From the NCBI RefSeq assembly GCF_036507355.1, contig NZ_AP027877.1: a stretch of DNA of 64,000 nucleotides. One strand, given 5' to 3'. The stretch's first letter is position 1; the number at the start of each line of letters is the position of its first letter. The translations under genes were made by a program, and so were the position numbers. Under the pieces are notes generated by a model. It had not been told where the DNA came from and made no database searches. It saw only the letters and a program-made list of their open reading frames with translations. Below, piece by piece: positions 34,728 through 43,824 of this stretch. This DNA comes from Escherichia coli. Lineage in GTDB: Bacteria > Pseudomonadota > Gammaproteobacteria > Enterobacterales > Enterobacteriaceae.

Positions 34728-35621
34728 ATGAATATTGAACTTCGTCATCTGCGCTACTTTGTTGCGGTTGCGGAAGAACTGCATTTCGGGCGCGCCGCTG
34801 CCCGCCTGAATATTTCGCAACCGCCGCTAAGTCAGCAGATTCAGGCGCTGGAGCAACAAATTGGTGCCCGACTGCTGGCACGAACCAATCGCAGTGTATT
34901 GCTGACGGCAGCAGGAAAACAGTTTCTTGCAGATAGTCGGCAAATCCTGTCTATGGTGGATGACGCTGCCGCTCGCGCTGAAAGACTGCATCAGGGTGAA
35001 GCGGGGGAGTTGCGCATTGGTTTTACTTCGTCGGCTCCTTTTATTCGGGCGGTGTCCGATACGTTATCGCTGTTTCGCCGAGATTATCCCGATGTCCATT
35101 TACAAACCCGCGAAATGAACACTCGCGAGCAAATCGCTCCGCTCATTGAAGGAACGCTGGATATGGGATTGCTGCGTAACACAGCGTTACCGGAGACGCT
35201 TGAACACGTAGTCATCGTCCATGAACCGCTTATGGCGATGATCCCGCACGATCATCCCCTGGCAAATAACCCGAATGTAACGCTGGCTGAACTGGCGAAA
35301 GAACCCTTTGTCTTTTTTGATCCGCACGTCGGGACAGGGCTGTATGACGATATTCTCGGGCTGATGCGACGTTACCATTTGACGCCCGTCATCACTCAGG
35401 AGGTGGGCGAGGCAATGACCATCATCGGTCTGGTTTCCGCCGGTCTGGGTGTTTCAATTTTGCCTGCGTCATTTAAACGTGTTCAGCTCAACGAAATGCG
35501 CTGGGTGCCGATTGCTGAAGAGGATGCGGTTTCTGAAATGTGGTTGGTCTGGCCGAAACATCATGAACAAAGTCCGGCTGCGCGTAACTTTCGTATTCAT
35601 CTGCTGAATGCTCTCAGGTGA
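34728..35621 (+). CDS. ynfL: LysR-family transcriptional regulator YnfL
   Basis: 297-aa ORF with N-terminal LysR HTH (LRYFVAVAEELHFGRAA); divergent from ynfM. Confidence 0.88.
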   Translation: MNIELRHLRYFVAVAEELHFGRAAARLNISQPPLSQQIQALEQQIGARLLARTNRSVLLTAAGKQFLADSRQILSMVDDAAARAERLHQGEAGELRIGFTSSAPFIRAVSDTLSLFRRDYPDVHLQTREMNTREQIAPLIEGTLDMGLLRNTALPETLEHVVIVHEPLMAMIPHDHPLANNPNVTLAELAKEPFVFFDPHVGTGLYDDILGLMRRYHLTPVITQEVGEAMTIIGLVSAGLGVSILPASFKRVQLNEMRWVPIAEEDAVSEMWLVWPKHHEQSPAARNFRIHLLNALR

Positions 35622-35755
35622 GGGAAATTTCAGCGAAAAAGCCCGAAAAATGTGCTGTTAATCACATGCCTAAGTAAAAATTTGACGACACGTATTGAAG
35701 TGCTTCACCATAGCCTACAGATTATTTCGGAGCGCGAAAATATAGGGAGTATGCG

Positions 35756-36976
35756 GTGGTTGCTGAAAACCAGCCTGGGCACATTGATCAAATAAAGCAG
35801 ACCAACGCGGGCGCGGTTTATCGCCTGATTGATCAGCTTGGTCCAGTCTCGCGTATCGATCTTTCCCGTCTGGCGCAGCTGGCTCCTGCCAGTATCACTA
35901 AAATTGTCCGTGAGATGCTCGAAGCACACCTGGTGCAAGAGCTGGAAATCAAAGAAGCGGGGAACCGTGGCCGTCCGGCGGTGGGGCTGGTGGTTGAAAC
36001 TGAAGCCTGGCACTATCTTTCTCTGCGCATTAGTCGCGGGGAGATTTTCCTTGCTCTGCGCGATCTGAGCAGCAAACTGGTGGTGGAAGAGTCGCAGGAA
36101 CTGGCGTTAAAAGATGACTCGCCATTGCTGGATCGTATCATTTCCCATATCGATCAGTTTTTTATTCGCCACCAGAAAAAACTTGAGCGTCTAACTTCGA
36201 TTGCCATAACCCTGCCGGGAATTATTGATACGGAAAATGGCATTGTACATCGCATGCCGTTCTACGAGGATGTAAAAGAGATGCCGCTCGGCGAGGCTCT
36301 GGAGCAGCATACCGGCGTTCCGGTTTATATTCAGCATGATATCAGCGCATGGACGATGGCAGAGGCCTTGTTTGGTGCCTCACGCGGGGCGCGCGATGTG
36401 ATTCAGGTGGTTATCGATCACAACGTGGGGGCGGGCGTCATTACCGATGGTCATCTGCTACACGCAGGCAGCAGTAGCCTCGTGGAAATAGGTCACACAC
36501 AGGTAGACCCATATGGTAAACGCTGTTATTGCGGGAACCACGGCTGCCTCGAAACCATCGCCAGTGTGGACAGTATTCTTGAGCTGGCACAGCTGCGTCT
36601 CAATCAATCCATGAGCTCGATGTTACATGGGCAACCGTTAACCGTGGACTCATTGTGTCAGGCGGCATTGCGCGGCGATCTGCTGGCAAAAGACATCATT
36701 ACCGGGGTGGGCGCGCATGTAGGGCGCATTCTTGCCATCATGGTGAATTTATTTAACCCACAAAAAATACTGATTGGCTCACCGTTAAGTAAAGCGGCAG
36801 ATATCCTCTTCCCGGTCATCTCAGATAGCATCCGTCAGCAGGCCCTTCCTGCGTATAGTCAGCACATTAGCGTTGAGAGTACTCAGTTTTCTAACCAGGG
36901 CACGATGGCAGGGGCTGCGCTGGTAAAAGACGCGATGTATAACGGTTCTTTGTTGATTCGTCTGTTGCAGGGTTAA
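35756..36976 (+). CDS. mlc: ROK-family global regulator Mlc (DgsA)
   Basis: 406-aa ORF with ROK zinc motif CYCGNHGCLE; recognised as Mlc. Confidence 0.92.
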   Translation: MVAENQPGHIDQIKQTNAGAVYRLIDQLGPVSRIDLSRLAQLAPASITKIVREMLEAHLVQELEIKEAGNRGRPAVGLVVETEAWHYLSLRISRGEIFLALRDLSSKLVVEESQELALKDDSPLLDRIISHIDQFFIRHQKKLERLTSIAITLPGIIDTENGIVHRMPFYEDVKEMPLGEALEQHTGVPVYIQHDISAWTMAEALFGASRGARDVIQVVIDHNVGAGVITDGHLLHAGSSSLVEIGHTQVDPYGKRCYCGNHGCLETIASVDSILELAQLRLNQSMSSMLHGQPLTVDSLCQAALRGDLLAKDIITGVGAHVGRILAIMVNLFNPQKILIGSPLSKAADILFPVISDSIRQQALPAYSQHISVESTQFSNQGTMAGAALVKDAMYNGSLLIRLLQG

Positions 36977-37100
36977 CATTTTTTAACTGTTCTACCAAAA
37001 TTTGCGCTATCTCAATTTGGGCCAGGAAAGCATAACTTAGACTTTCAAGGTTAATTATTTTCCTGGTTTATATTTGTGAAGCATAACGGTGGAGTTAGTG

Positions 37101-37796
37101 ATGCTGAAGCGTTTCTTTATTACCGGTACAGACACTTCTGTAGGGAAAACGGTGGTTTCCCGCGCATTGCTACAAGCGTTAGCCTCCCAGGGAAAAACGG
37201 TTGCGGGATATAAACCCGTAGCGAAGGGGAGCAAAGAGACACCCGAAGGGCTGCGTAATAAAGATGCCCTGGTGTTGCAGAGTGTTTCAACCATCGAACT
37301 GCCTTATGAAGCAGTTAATCCTATCGCGTTAAGCGAAGAAGAAAGTAGCGTGGCGCACAGTTGCCCAATCAATTACACCCTCATTTCAAACGGCCTGGCA
37401 AACCTGACCGAAAAAGTCGATCATGTCGTGGTAGAAGGGACTGGCGGCTGGCGCAGTCTGATGAATGATTTGCGTCCACTCTCTGAATGGGTGGTGCAGG
37501 AACAACTGCCGGTGTTGATGGTTGTCGGTATTCAGGAAGGTTGCATTAACCATGCACTGCTAACAGCTCAGGCGATTGCCAACGACGGGCTGCCGCTCAT
37601 TGGCTGGGTGGCTAACCGAATCAACCCAGGACTGGCGCATTATGCGGAAATCATTGATGTGCTCGGTAAAAAACTTCCGGCACCGCTCATTGGTGAACTG
37701 CCTTATCTGCCGCGCGCCGAACAGCGTGAACTGGGGCAATACATCCGCTTAGCTATGCTGCGCAGTGTGCTGGCGGTAGATAGAGTCACGGTGTAA
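37101..37796 (+). CDS. ynfK: dethiobiotin synthetase paralogue (BioD2)
   Basis: 231 aa from [17 protein letters not shown] (P-loop). Confidence 0.88.
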
Positions 37797-39005
37797 CGTC
37801 CGCGAGATTACCGACGCAATTACGCAGGCAATCAATAAACCGGGGAGTAGCTGATACTCCCCGGTCATTTCACATATCATCAACGTCGACATAATCGGCG
37901 CGTGCGTGGTTGCCGCCAACAGTGTCGCCATCCCGGTCAATCCGAGTAAAAGCGTAATTTCTTCGCCATCAGGGAACCATAATCCCAGGCTACGACCATA
38001 CAACATGCCAATGGCAAGACCGATAAATAGCGTCGGTGTAAAGACACCACCGGGTGCGCCGGAACCGCTACTCGCCAGCACGGCACACAGTTTACAAAGG
38101 AAGATCCCGGCAATGATCATTAACAGTGGCGGGGCGGTTAAAAAGGATTGTACGGTGCTATAGCCGTTGCCCCACACTGCAGGTGTGAACAGGGAAAGCA
38201 GACCCACGATCAACCCGCCTAGTGCCAGTTGCCAGGGCGGCGCAAGTTTGAGACTCACAAATCCACGATGACAGGCGTTCATTAACGTTAACAACAGTGG
38301 TCCGCACAGACCTGCCAGCACACCTGTACTGATAATCAGCGCATAGTCACGAGCCTGAACCGTCACTGAGAGTTGTACGCTGTAGAGTAACGCGTCGCTA
38401 TGATTAATCAGATTGCTAACCAGCAATGCCACGACGGCGGAAATAATCACCGGGCCGAGAGAGGCCAACATCATAGTGCCAAACAGCACTTCGGCTATAA
38501 ATAAACTGCCAGCAAGCGGGGCGCGATAGGCCGCAGCCATTCCCGCTGCGGCCCCACAGGCGATCCATAATTTCCACTCCTGGCGTGGTGTAAAACGTTG
38601 GGCAAAACAGGAGGCGGCAAGGGCAGCTAAAAGAATCATCGCACCTTCGCGACCAATTGCACTGCCGCTGGTTACTACCAGCAGAGAGGCAAGCGATTTA
38701 ACCAGGCTTGCTGCGTAATCAAACTGACCCTCGGTTTGCAACGCTTCCATATAATCGGTCGGCGCATGAGGGCGTTGCTGGGTAAATTTCTGCCAGCCCA
38801 TCAGCAACAAACCCGCCGCCAGTCCGCCGAGCGCCGGAGTTAGCAGCCGTCGCCAGGGGGAAAGGTTTGTCGCTGCATTGACCAGACTGCCGGAGTCATT
38901 ATTGAGGAACAACCACTCCAGTAGCAGCATCGCATGACGAAACCCGGCAACGGCAAAGGCCGCGAGAATACCGACGACTGTTGCGATAAGCAGACGGCGG
39001 AACAT
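37749..39005 (-). CDS. clcB: ClC-family voltage-gated chloride channel ClcB
   Basis: 418 aa from [12 protein letters not shown]; ClC selectivity motifs GSAIGREG and GxFxP. Confidence 0.9.
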   Translation of the reverse strand: MFRRLLIATVVGILAAFAVAGFRHAMLLLEWLFLNNDSGSLVNAATNLSPWRRLLTPALGGLAAGLLLMGWQKFTQQRPHAPTDYMEALQTEGQFDYAASLVKSLASLLVVTSGSAIGREGAMILLAALAASCFAQRFTPRQEWKLWIACGAAAGMAAAYRAPLAGSLFIAEVLFGTMMLASLGPVIISAVVALLVSNLINHSDALLYSVQLSVTVQARDYALIISTGVLAGLCGPLLLTLMNACHRGFVSLKLAPPWQLALGGLIVGLLSLFTPAVWGNGYSTVQSFLTAPPLLMIIAGIFLCKLCAVLASSGSGAPGGVFTPTLFIGLAIGMLYGRSLGLWFPDGEEITLLLGLTGMATLLAATTHAPIMSTLMICEMTGEYQLLPGLLIACVIASVISRTLHRDSIYRQHTAQHS

Positions 39006-39199
39006 AGTGCGCAGATCCGGATAGATGTGTAGATGATGCATGAGCAGAAATGGGCAATGAAACACGGGCGACTATTTTGCGGCAAAAGAGGCCAGCCGCA
39101 AAAGCAGTGCGTGCTTTAAGAGATAAAAAAACGTGACACTGTAACGTATTATTGCCGAATTGCGCGTAATCGTCACCATCCGGCAATATTACGGTAATC

Positions 39200-39814
39200 C
39201 TATCGAAACAGCGATTTAACCGCGACAGGAATTAACAGTTGTGATTGCCATTGCGCCAGCGTTAAGCGAGCCAGTTCACCCAGTGCACGGTAGAAAGGGT
39301 GTTCTGCTTTTTCGATAAAAACGTCAAGAAAACGTGTTGACCACGGAAAAAGGTGCCATGCCAGCAATTCTTCGCATTCTGTCTGGCGACCATTCTCCGC
39401 CAACCACGCAGCCATCAACAGCAGTGAACCAAAATGATCTTCCGGTTCGTTTTGCTTCATTTCAAACTGAATGCCTTTCTCGCGCATCCACTGACGAAGT
39501 GCCAATGTTGAATCGCCAAACAGCACAGATTCGCGATCCAGCCAGACCGACCCCCACGGCGGAGACGGCAGTGCCCACGGGCCGACAAACAAACGCTGCC
39601 AGGCCTGGGCGTGAGTCTCTTCACACTGTGTCTGAAAAGCCGTCACCAGCGGCGCTAATGACGCTTCTGGTAGAGGCCACTGAGTTTCCCAGCCGTCACT
39701 GGTGAGTACCGCAACCAGAGGTGCGGCTTCAGCACTCTCTGGAGCGTAATAAAACAGCGCGCCCAACACGCGCGCCGCGACAGAAAAATTATCTTGCTGT
39801 GAAAAATGGGTCAT
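39200..39814 (-). CDS. dmsD: Tat proofreading chaperone DmsD
   Basis: 204 aa from MTHFSQQDNFS; TorD/DmsD family; downstream of ynfH. Confidence 0.9.
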   Translation of the reverse strand: MTHFSQQDNFSVAARVLGALFYYAPESAEAAPLVAVLTSDGWETQWPLPEASLAPLVTAFQTQCEETHAQAWQRLFVGPWALPSPPWGSVWLDRESVLFGDSTLALRQWMREKGIQFEMKQNEPEDHFGSLLLMAAWLAENGRQTECEELLAWHLFPWSTRFLDVFIEKAEHPFYRALGELARLTLAQWQSQLLIPVAVKSLFR

Positions 39815-39856
39815 TCCTAACATCCTGAAATGTGCGGGTTGCCCCGCACCAATTTG

Positions 39857-40711
39857 TTAACCTGCAATAGCCATTCCTACCGTCATGTGCAGGCCATAAA
39901 AGAGCACACGCCCGATCATCTCACCGCCAAGAATGAGGATTAACCCCAGAATAAGTCCGGCAACGTGAGGTTCACGGCGACGTATGAGCGGACAAAGCCA
40001 GCATCCTAGACCTGCGCATAACAATACCACACGCCAGACCTGTAAGGAGGCGTAATCTGGTACCAGTGCGCTGGCTTGTTGCACGGATGAGTGAATAGAC
40101 GACAGAGACAAACCTTGCAGCACAATCACCTCGGCACAAGCGATCAGCGCCAGAACGCTAATGATGGCAAATGGTGTGGTATTAAATGTAACGCGGGCTG
40201 CCCGCAGAATTGCGGCAGCAAGTATTGGACCACTCAACAATACCGTCAGGAAGAAAGCCAGCGTAGTGTAACCGTTATGCCAGGTTGGCACAGTGTCGAT
40301 TTGATACACGCAGGTCATCATCCAGACGAAAATGACGCCGAGCGCCATGCTGACAAGTAACCAGAGTTTCCCCAACGCTTGCGGCATTTTACCGATGACC
40401 GCCACCAGCCACCATAGTCCGCCAACGGCAAAAAATATGGAACCGGCAGCAATCTCGTTACTCAGACCAGAAGCTCCGATTCGATTCAGCGAGTTAAACG
40501 CCCGCAGTGGCGATCCCAGGTGCATGACAGAGGCAATAAACCCGATGCCCATCAACAGCCAGAGGAAAAACATGCCACGAACAATGTGCTGACGGTCTGC
40601 GTCATTTTTGGCGGCGAACCAGCCAATTCCGCTAACAATCAGCGCGCCTACTACGCATTGACCCAATACGGTAAAGATAACCAGTGGCCATTCATGCCAT
40701 CCATTTCCCAT
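39857..40711 (-). CDS. ynfH: DmsC-like membrane anchor subunit of the putative selenate/DMSO-type reductase
   Basis: 284 aa from MGNGWHEW; the ORF track over-extends upstream into ynfG. Confidence 0.88.
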   Translation of the reverse strand: MGNGWHEWPLVIFTVLGQCVVGALIVSGIGWFAAKNDADRQHIVRGMFFLWLLMGIGFIASVMHLGSPLRAFNSLNRIGASGLSNEIAAGSIFFAVGGLWWLVAVIGKMPQALGKLWLLVSMALGVIFVWMMTCVYQIDTVPTWHNGYTTLAFFLTVLLSGPILAAAILRAARVTFNTTPFAIISVLALIACAEVIVLQGLSLSSIHSSVQQASALVPDYASLQVWRVVLLCAGLGCWLCPLIRRREPHVAGLILGLILILGGEMIGRVLFYGLHMTVGMAIAG

Positions 40712-40712
40712 T

Positions 40713-41330
40713 TTACACTTCCTCCGGATTAGCCAGATAACCAGTGGTATCGCCGGTCGGGCGGCTGTTGGCGTTAGGTTTGATAACGATATTGGGTTTT
40801 GTGAAATGCGCGCGCGGCAGTGGCGCGACGGCAGCAAGAGTGCCGTGCTTCTGGCGCAGCTCTTCAATTGGACCGAACTCAAGTGCACGCAGCGGGCAGG
40901 ATTCGACACATATGGGTTGTTTCCCCTCGGCGACGCGCGAATAACAACCATCGCACTTCGTCATGTGCCCTTTTTCAGCATTGTACTGTGGTGCGCCGTA
41001 CGGACAAGCCATGTGGCAGTAGCGGCAGCCGATACAAACATCTTCATCAACCACCACAAAGCCATCTTCACGCTTATGCATTGCGCCGCTGGGGCAGACT
41101 TTTGTACATGCGGGGTCATCGCAATGGTTACAGGAGATGGAGAGATAATAAGAGAACACGTTCTGGTGCCAGACGCCATTATCTTCCTGCCAGTCGCCGC
41201 CAGCATATTCATAAATACGGCGGAAACTGACTTCCGGGCCAAGATCTTTAAAATCTTTGCACGCCAGTTCGCAGGTTTTACAGCCAGTACAGCGGCTGGA
41301 ATCGATAAAAAATCCATATTGTGTGGTCAT
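40713..41330 (-). CDS. ynfG: DmsB-like 4Fe-4S ferredoxin subunit
   Basis: 205-aa ORF with four CxxCxxCxxxCP ferredoxin motifs. Confidence 0.92.
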   Translation of the reverse strand: MTTQYGFFIDSSRCTGCKTCELACKDFKDLGPEVSFRRIYEYAGGDWQEDNGVWHQNVFSYYLSISCNHCDDPACTKVCPSGAMHKREDGFVVVDEDVCIGCRYCHMACPYGAPQYNAEKGHMTKCDGCYSRVAEGKQPICVESCPLRALEFGPIEELRQKHGTLAAVAPLPRAHFTKPNIVIKPNANSRPTGDTTGYLANPEEV

Positions 41331-41340
41331 GGGCTACTCC

Positions 41341-43767
41341 TTAAACCTTTTCGATCTGGACAAGATTGCTGTGCGACGGGTTTCCCTTTGCCAGCGGTGA
41401 AGGGCGGTGAGAGGTCAGAATATTGATACTGCCGCCGTGATCGACCCGGTCACCAAACATATCCGCTTTAAGCCACGCACCTTGCCCGATGGCGGTAACG
41501 CCAGGCAGAATACGCGGAGTCACTTTTGCGGCAATCAGCATTTCTCCATTATTGTTAAATACCCGCACGGTATCGCCATGACGGATACCGCGTGCCTGAG
41601 CATCAATGGGGTTGATCCACACCTCTTGTGGGCAGGCCTGCTGTAACACATCAATATTGCCGTAGCTGGAGTGGGTACGCGCTTTGTAGTGGAAGCCCGT
41701 TAACTGCAGTGGATAGGTTTTCCGCAGGGGATCGTCCCAGCCATCAAAACCTGGCGTATAAGCTGGAAGGGGATGAATAACTTCATCTTTTTTCAATTCC
41801 CAGGTATCTGCAATCTTCGCCAGTCGTTCAGAATAAATTTCGATTTTCCCCGAAGGTGTTTTCAACGGGTTTGCCTGTGGATCTTCACGGAATGCGCGGA
41901 AAGCGACGTAGTGTTCTTCCGGGCATTTTTTCTTAAAGATCCCGGTCGTTTTCATCTCCTCGTAGTCGGGCATCTCAGGGTTACGTTCCTTCGTTTTCGC
42001 ATGGAGATATTTGATCCATTCATGCTGACTGCGACCTTCAGTAAAGGTTTGATAAACGTCCGGTCCTAAGCGTTTGGCGACTTCACTCAGCATCCAGTAG
42101 ATGGGTTTGCGTTCAAATTTTGCTGAGGTTGCGGGTTGGGCGAGGATCACATAGCCCATATTCCCTGCAGATTCATGAGAGATAAGGTCTTCTTGCTCTG
42201 TTGGCATCAGGTCGGGCAACAGGATATCGCAATACTTAGCCGAGGCAGTCATGAAGTGGTCAATGCCAACAATCATCTCGCACTTGCTGTCATCCTGAAG
42301 CACCTCATGGGTGTGATTGATGTCGCCATGTTGATTGATCAATGTGTTACTGGCGTAGCACCATAAAAACTTGATGGGGACATCCAGTTTTTCTTTTCCA
42401 CGAACACCATCACGGGTCGCGGTCATTTCCGTACCATGGTCGATGGCATCTGTCCATGTAAAGACGGAAATCTGCGTTTTAACAGGATTCTCGAGCATCG
42501 GGAACCATTCTACCCCCAGATCCCAGCTACCTTCGCGTACGCCTGAGTTGCCGCCGTTTATGCCGACGTTACCGGTGAGAACGGAAAGCATGGCAATAGC
42601 GCGGGATGTTTGTTCGCCGTTGGAGTGTCGTTGTGGCCCCCAACCCTGACAAATATAAGCAGGTTTTGCTGAACCGATCTCTCGTGCCAACTGGATAATT
42701 TTTTCTGCCGGGATGCTGGTGATTTTTGCTGCCCATTCCGGCGTTTTAGCTATGCCGTCAGGCCCTTCGCCCAGAATATAGGCTTTATAATGCGCGTTAC
42801 GTGGTGCGTTGGCGGGCAGCGTTTTTTCATCGTAACCAACACAATATTTGTCGAGAAATGGTTGATCGACCATGTTTTCAGTAATCAGTACCCAGGCAAT
42901 CGCACAGGCCAGTGCGCCATCGGTGCCAGGGCGAATGGGCAGCCATTCATCTTCACGCCCGGCAGCTGTGTCGTTATAACGTGGATCGATGACGATCATG
43001 CGTGCGTTTGAACGTTCGCGGGCTTGCTCGACGTAGTAAGTGACACCACCGCCGCTCATCCGCGTTTCTGCCGGGTTATTTCCGAACATAACGACCAGTT
43101 TCGTATTGGCGATATCATCCGGGCTGTTGCCATCATTGGCACCGAACATATAACTCATTGCGGCACTGATCTGTGCGGTACTGTAGCTGCCATAGCGACT
43201 GAGAAAACCACCGCAAGAGTTCATCAGACGGTACGGGACGTTTGAGTTGGTGATGTTTCCGCCATCTACGCCTGTTCCATAGAGGACATGTACAGCCTCA
43301 TTGCCGTAATCTTTCAGGATCCGCCGAAGATTATCACTGATGGTATCCAGGGCTTCGTCCCAACTTATCCGTTCAAATTTACCTTCACCGCGCTTGCCGA
43401 CGCGCTTCATGGGATATTTCAACCTATCAGGATGATTCATCCGTCGGCGGATAGAGCGCCCGCGTAAACACGCGCGGACCTGATGATTACCGTAGACGTC
43501 GTCACCTGTCGTATCAGACTCCACCCAGTACACGGTGTCATCTTTCACATGCAAACGTAACAGACAGCGGCTCCCGCAGTTAACGGTGCAGGAACTCCAC
43601 ACCGCTTTCTCTTCTACCGGAGCCTCTGCCGCTCGGACCATTTGGGAAAACGGCAAAGTGAAAGCACTGCTTGCCAGCGCGAGACTGCCAAGTGCGGAGG
43701 TTTTCATCAGACTTCTACGGCTGATTTCAGCCTTCATGAGCGCCTCTGTGGTATGGATTTTCATCAT
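41341..43767 (-). CDS. ynfF: DmsA-like molybdopterin oxidoreductase catalytic subunit, Tat-exported (paralogue 2)
   Basis: About 807-aa ORF with twin-arginine motif SRRSLMK and molybdopterin-oxidoreductase domains. Confidence 0.92.
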   Translation of the reverse strand: MMKIHTTEALMKAEISRRSLMKTSALGSLALASSAFTLPFSQMVRAAEAPVEEKAVWSSCTVNCGSRCLLRLHVKDDTVYWVESDTTGDDVYGNHQVRACLRGRSIRRRMNHPDRLKYPMKRVGKRGEGKFERISWDEALDTISDNLRRILKDYGNEAVHVLYGTGVDGGNITNSNVPYRLMNSCGGFLSRYGSYSTAQISAAMSYMFGANDGNSPDDIANTKLVVMFGNNPAETRMSGGGVTYYVEQARERSNARMIVIDPRYNDTAAGREDEWLPIRPGTDGALACAIAWVLITENMVDQPFLDKYCVGYDEKTLPANAPRNAHYKAYILGEGPDGIAKTPEWAAKITSIPAEKIIQLAREIGSAKPAYICQGWGPQRHSNGEQTSRAIAMLSVLTGNVGINGGNSGVREGSWDLGVEWFPMLENPVKTQISVFTWTDAIDHGTEMTATRDGVRGKEKLDVPIKFLWCYASNTLINQHGDINHTHEVLQDDSKCEMIVGIDHFMTASAKYCDILLPDLMPTEQEDLISHESAGNMGYVILAQPATSAKFERKPIYWMLSEVAKRLGPDVYQTFTEGRSQHEWIKYLHAKTKERNPEMPDYEEMKTTGIFKKKCPEEHYVAFRAFREDPQANPLKTPSGKIEIYSERLAKIADTWELKKDEVIHPLPAYTPGFDGWDDPLRKTYPLQLTGFHYKARTHSSYGNIDVLQQACPQEVWINPIDAQARGIRHGDTVRVFNNNGEMLIAAKVTPRILPGVTAIGQGAWLKADMFGDRVDHGGSINILTSHRPSPLAKGNPSHSNLVQIEKV

Positions 43768-43824
43768 TACTCACTTATTGCTTTTCAAACAAAATGTCAT
43801 GCCAGAATTTATGGTTGTAGTGGG

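Noticed and set aside
40806-41426. Long antisense ORFs inside ynfG/ynfF, and many similar ones inside fumA, uidA, pntB, ynfE and others
   Set aside because: Each lies entirely within a well-supported conserved gene on the opposite strand and has no recognisable domain; typical spurious ORFs of a GC-rich coding region.
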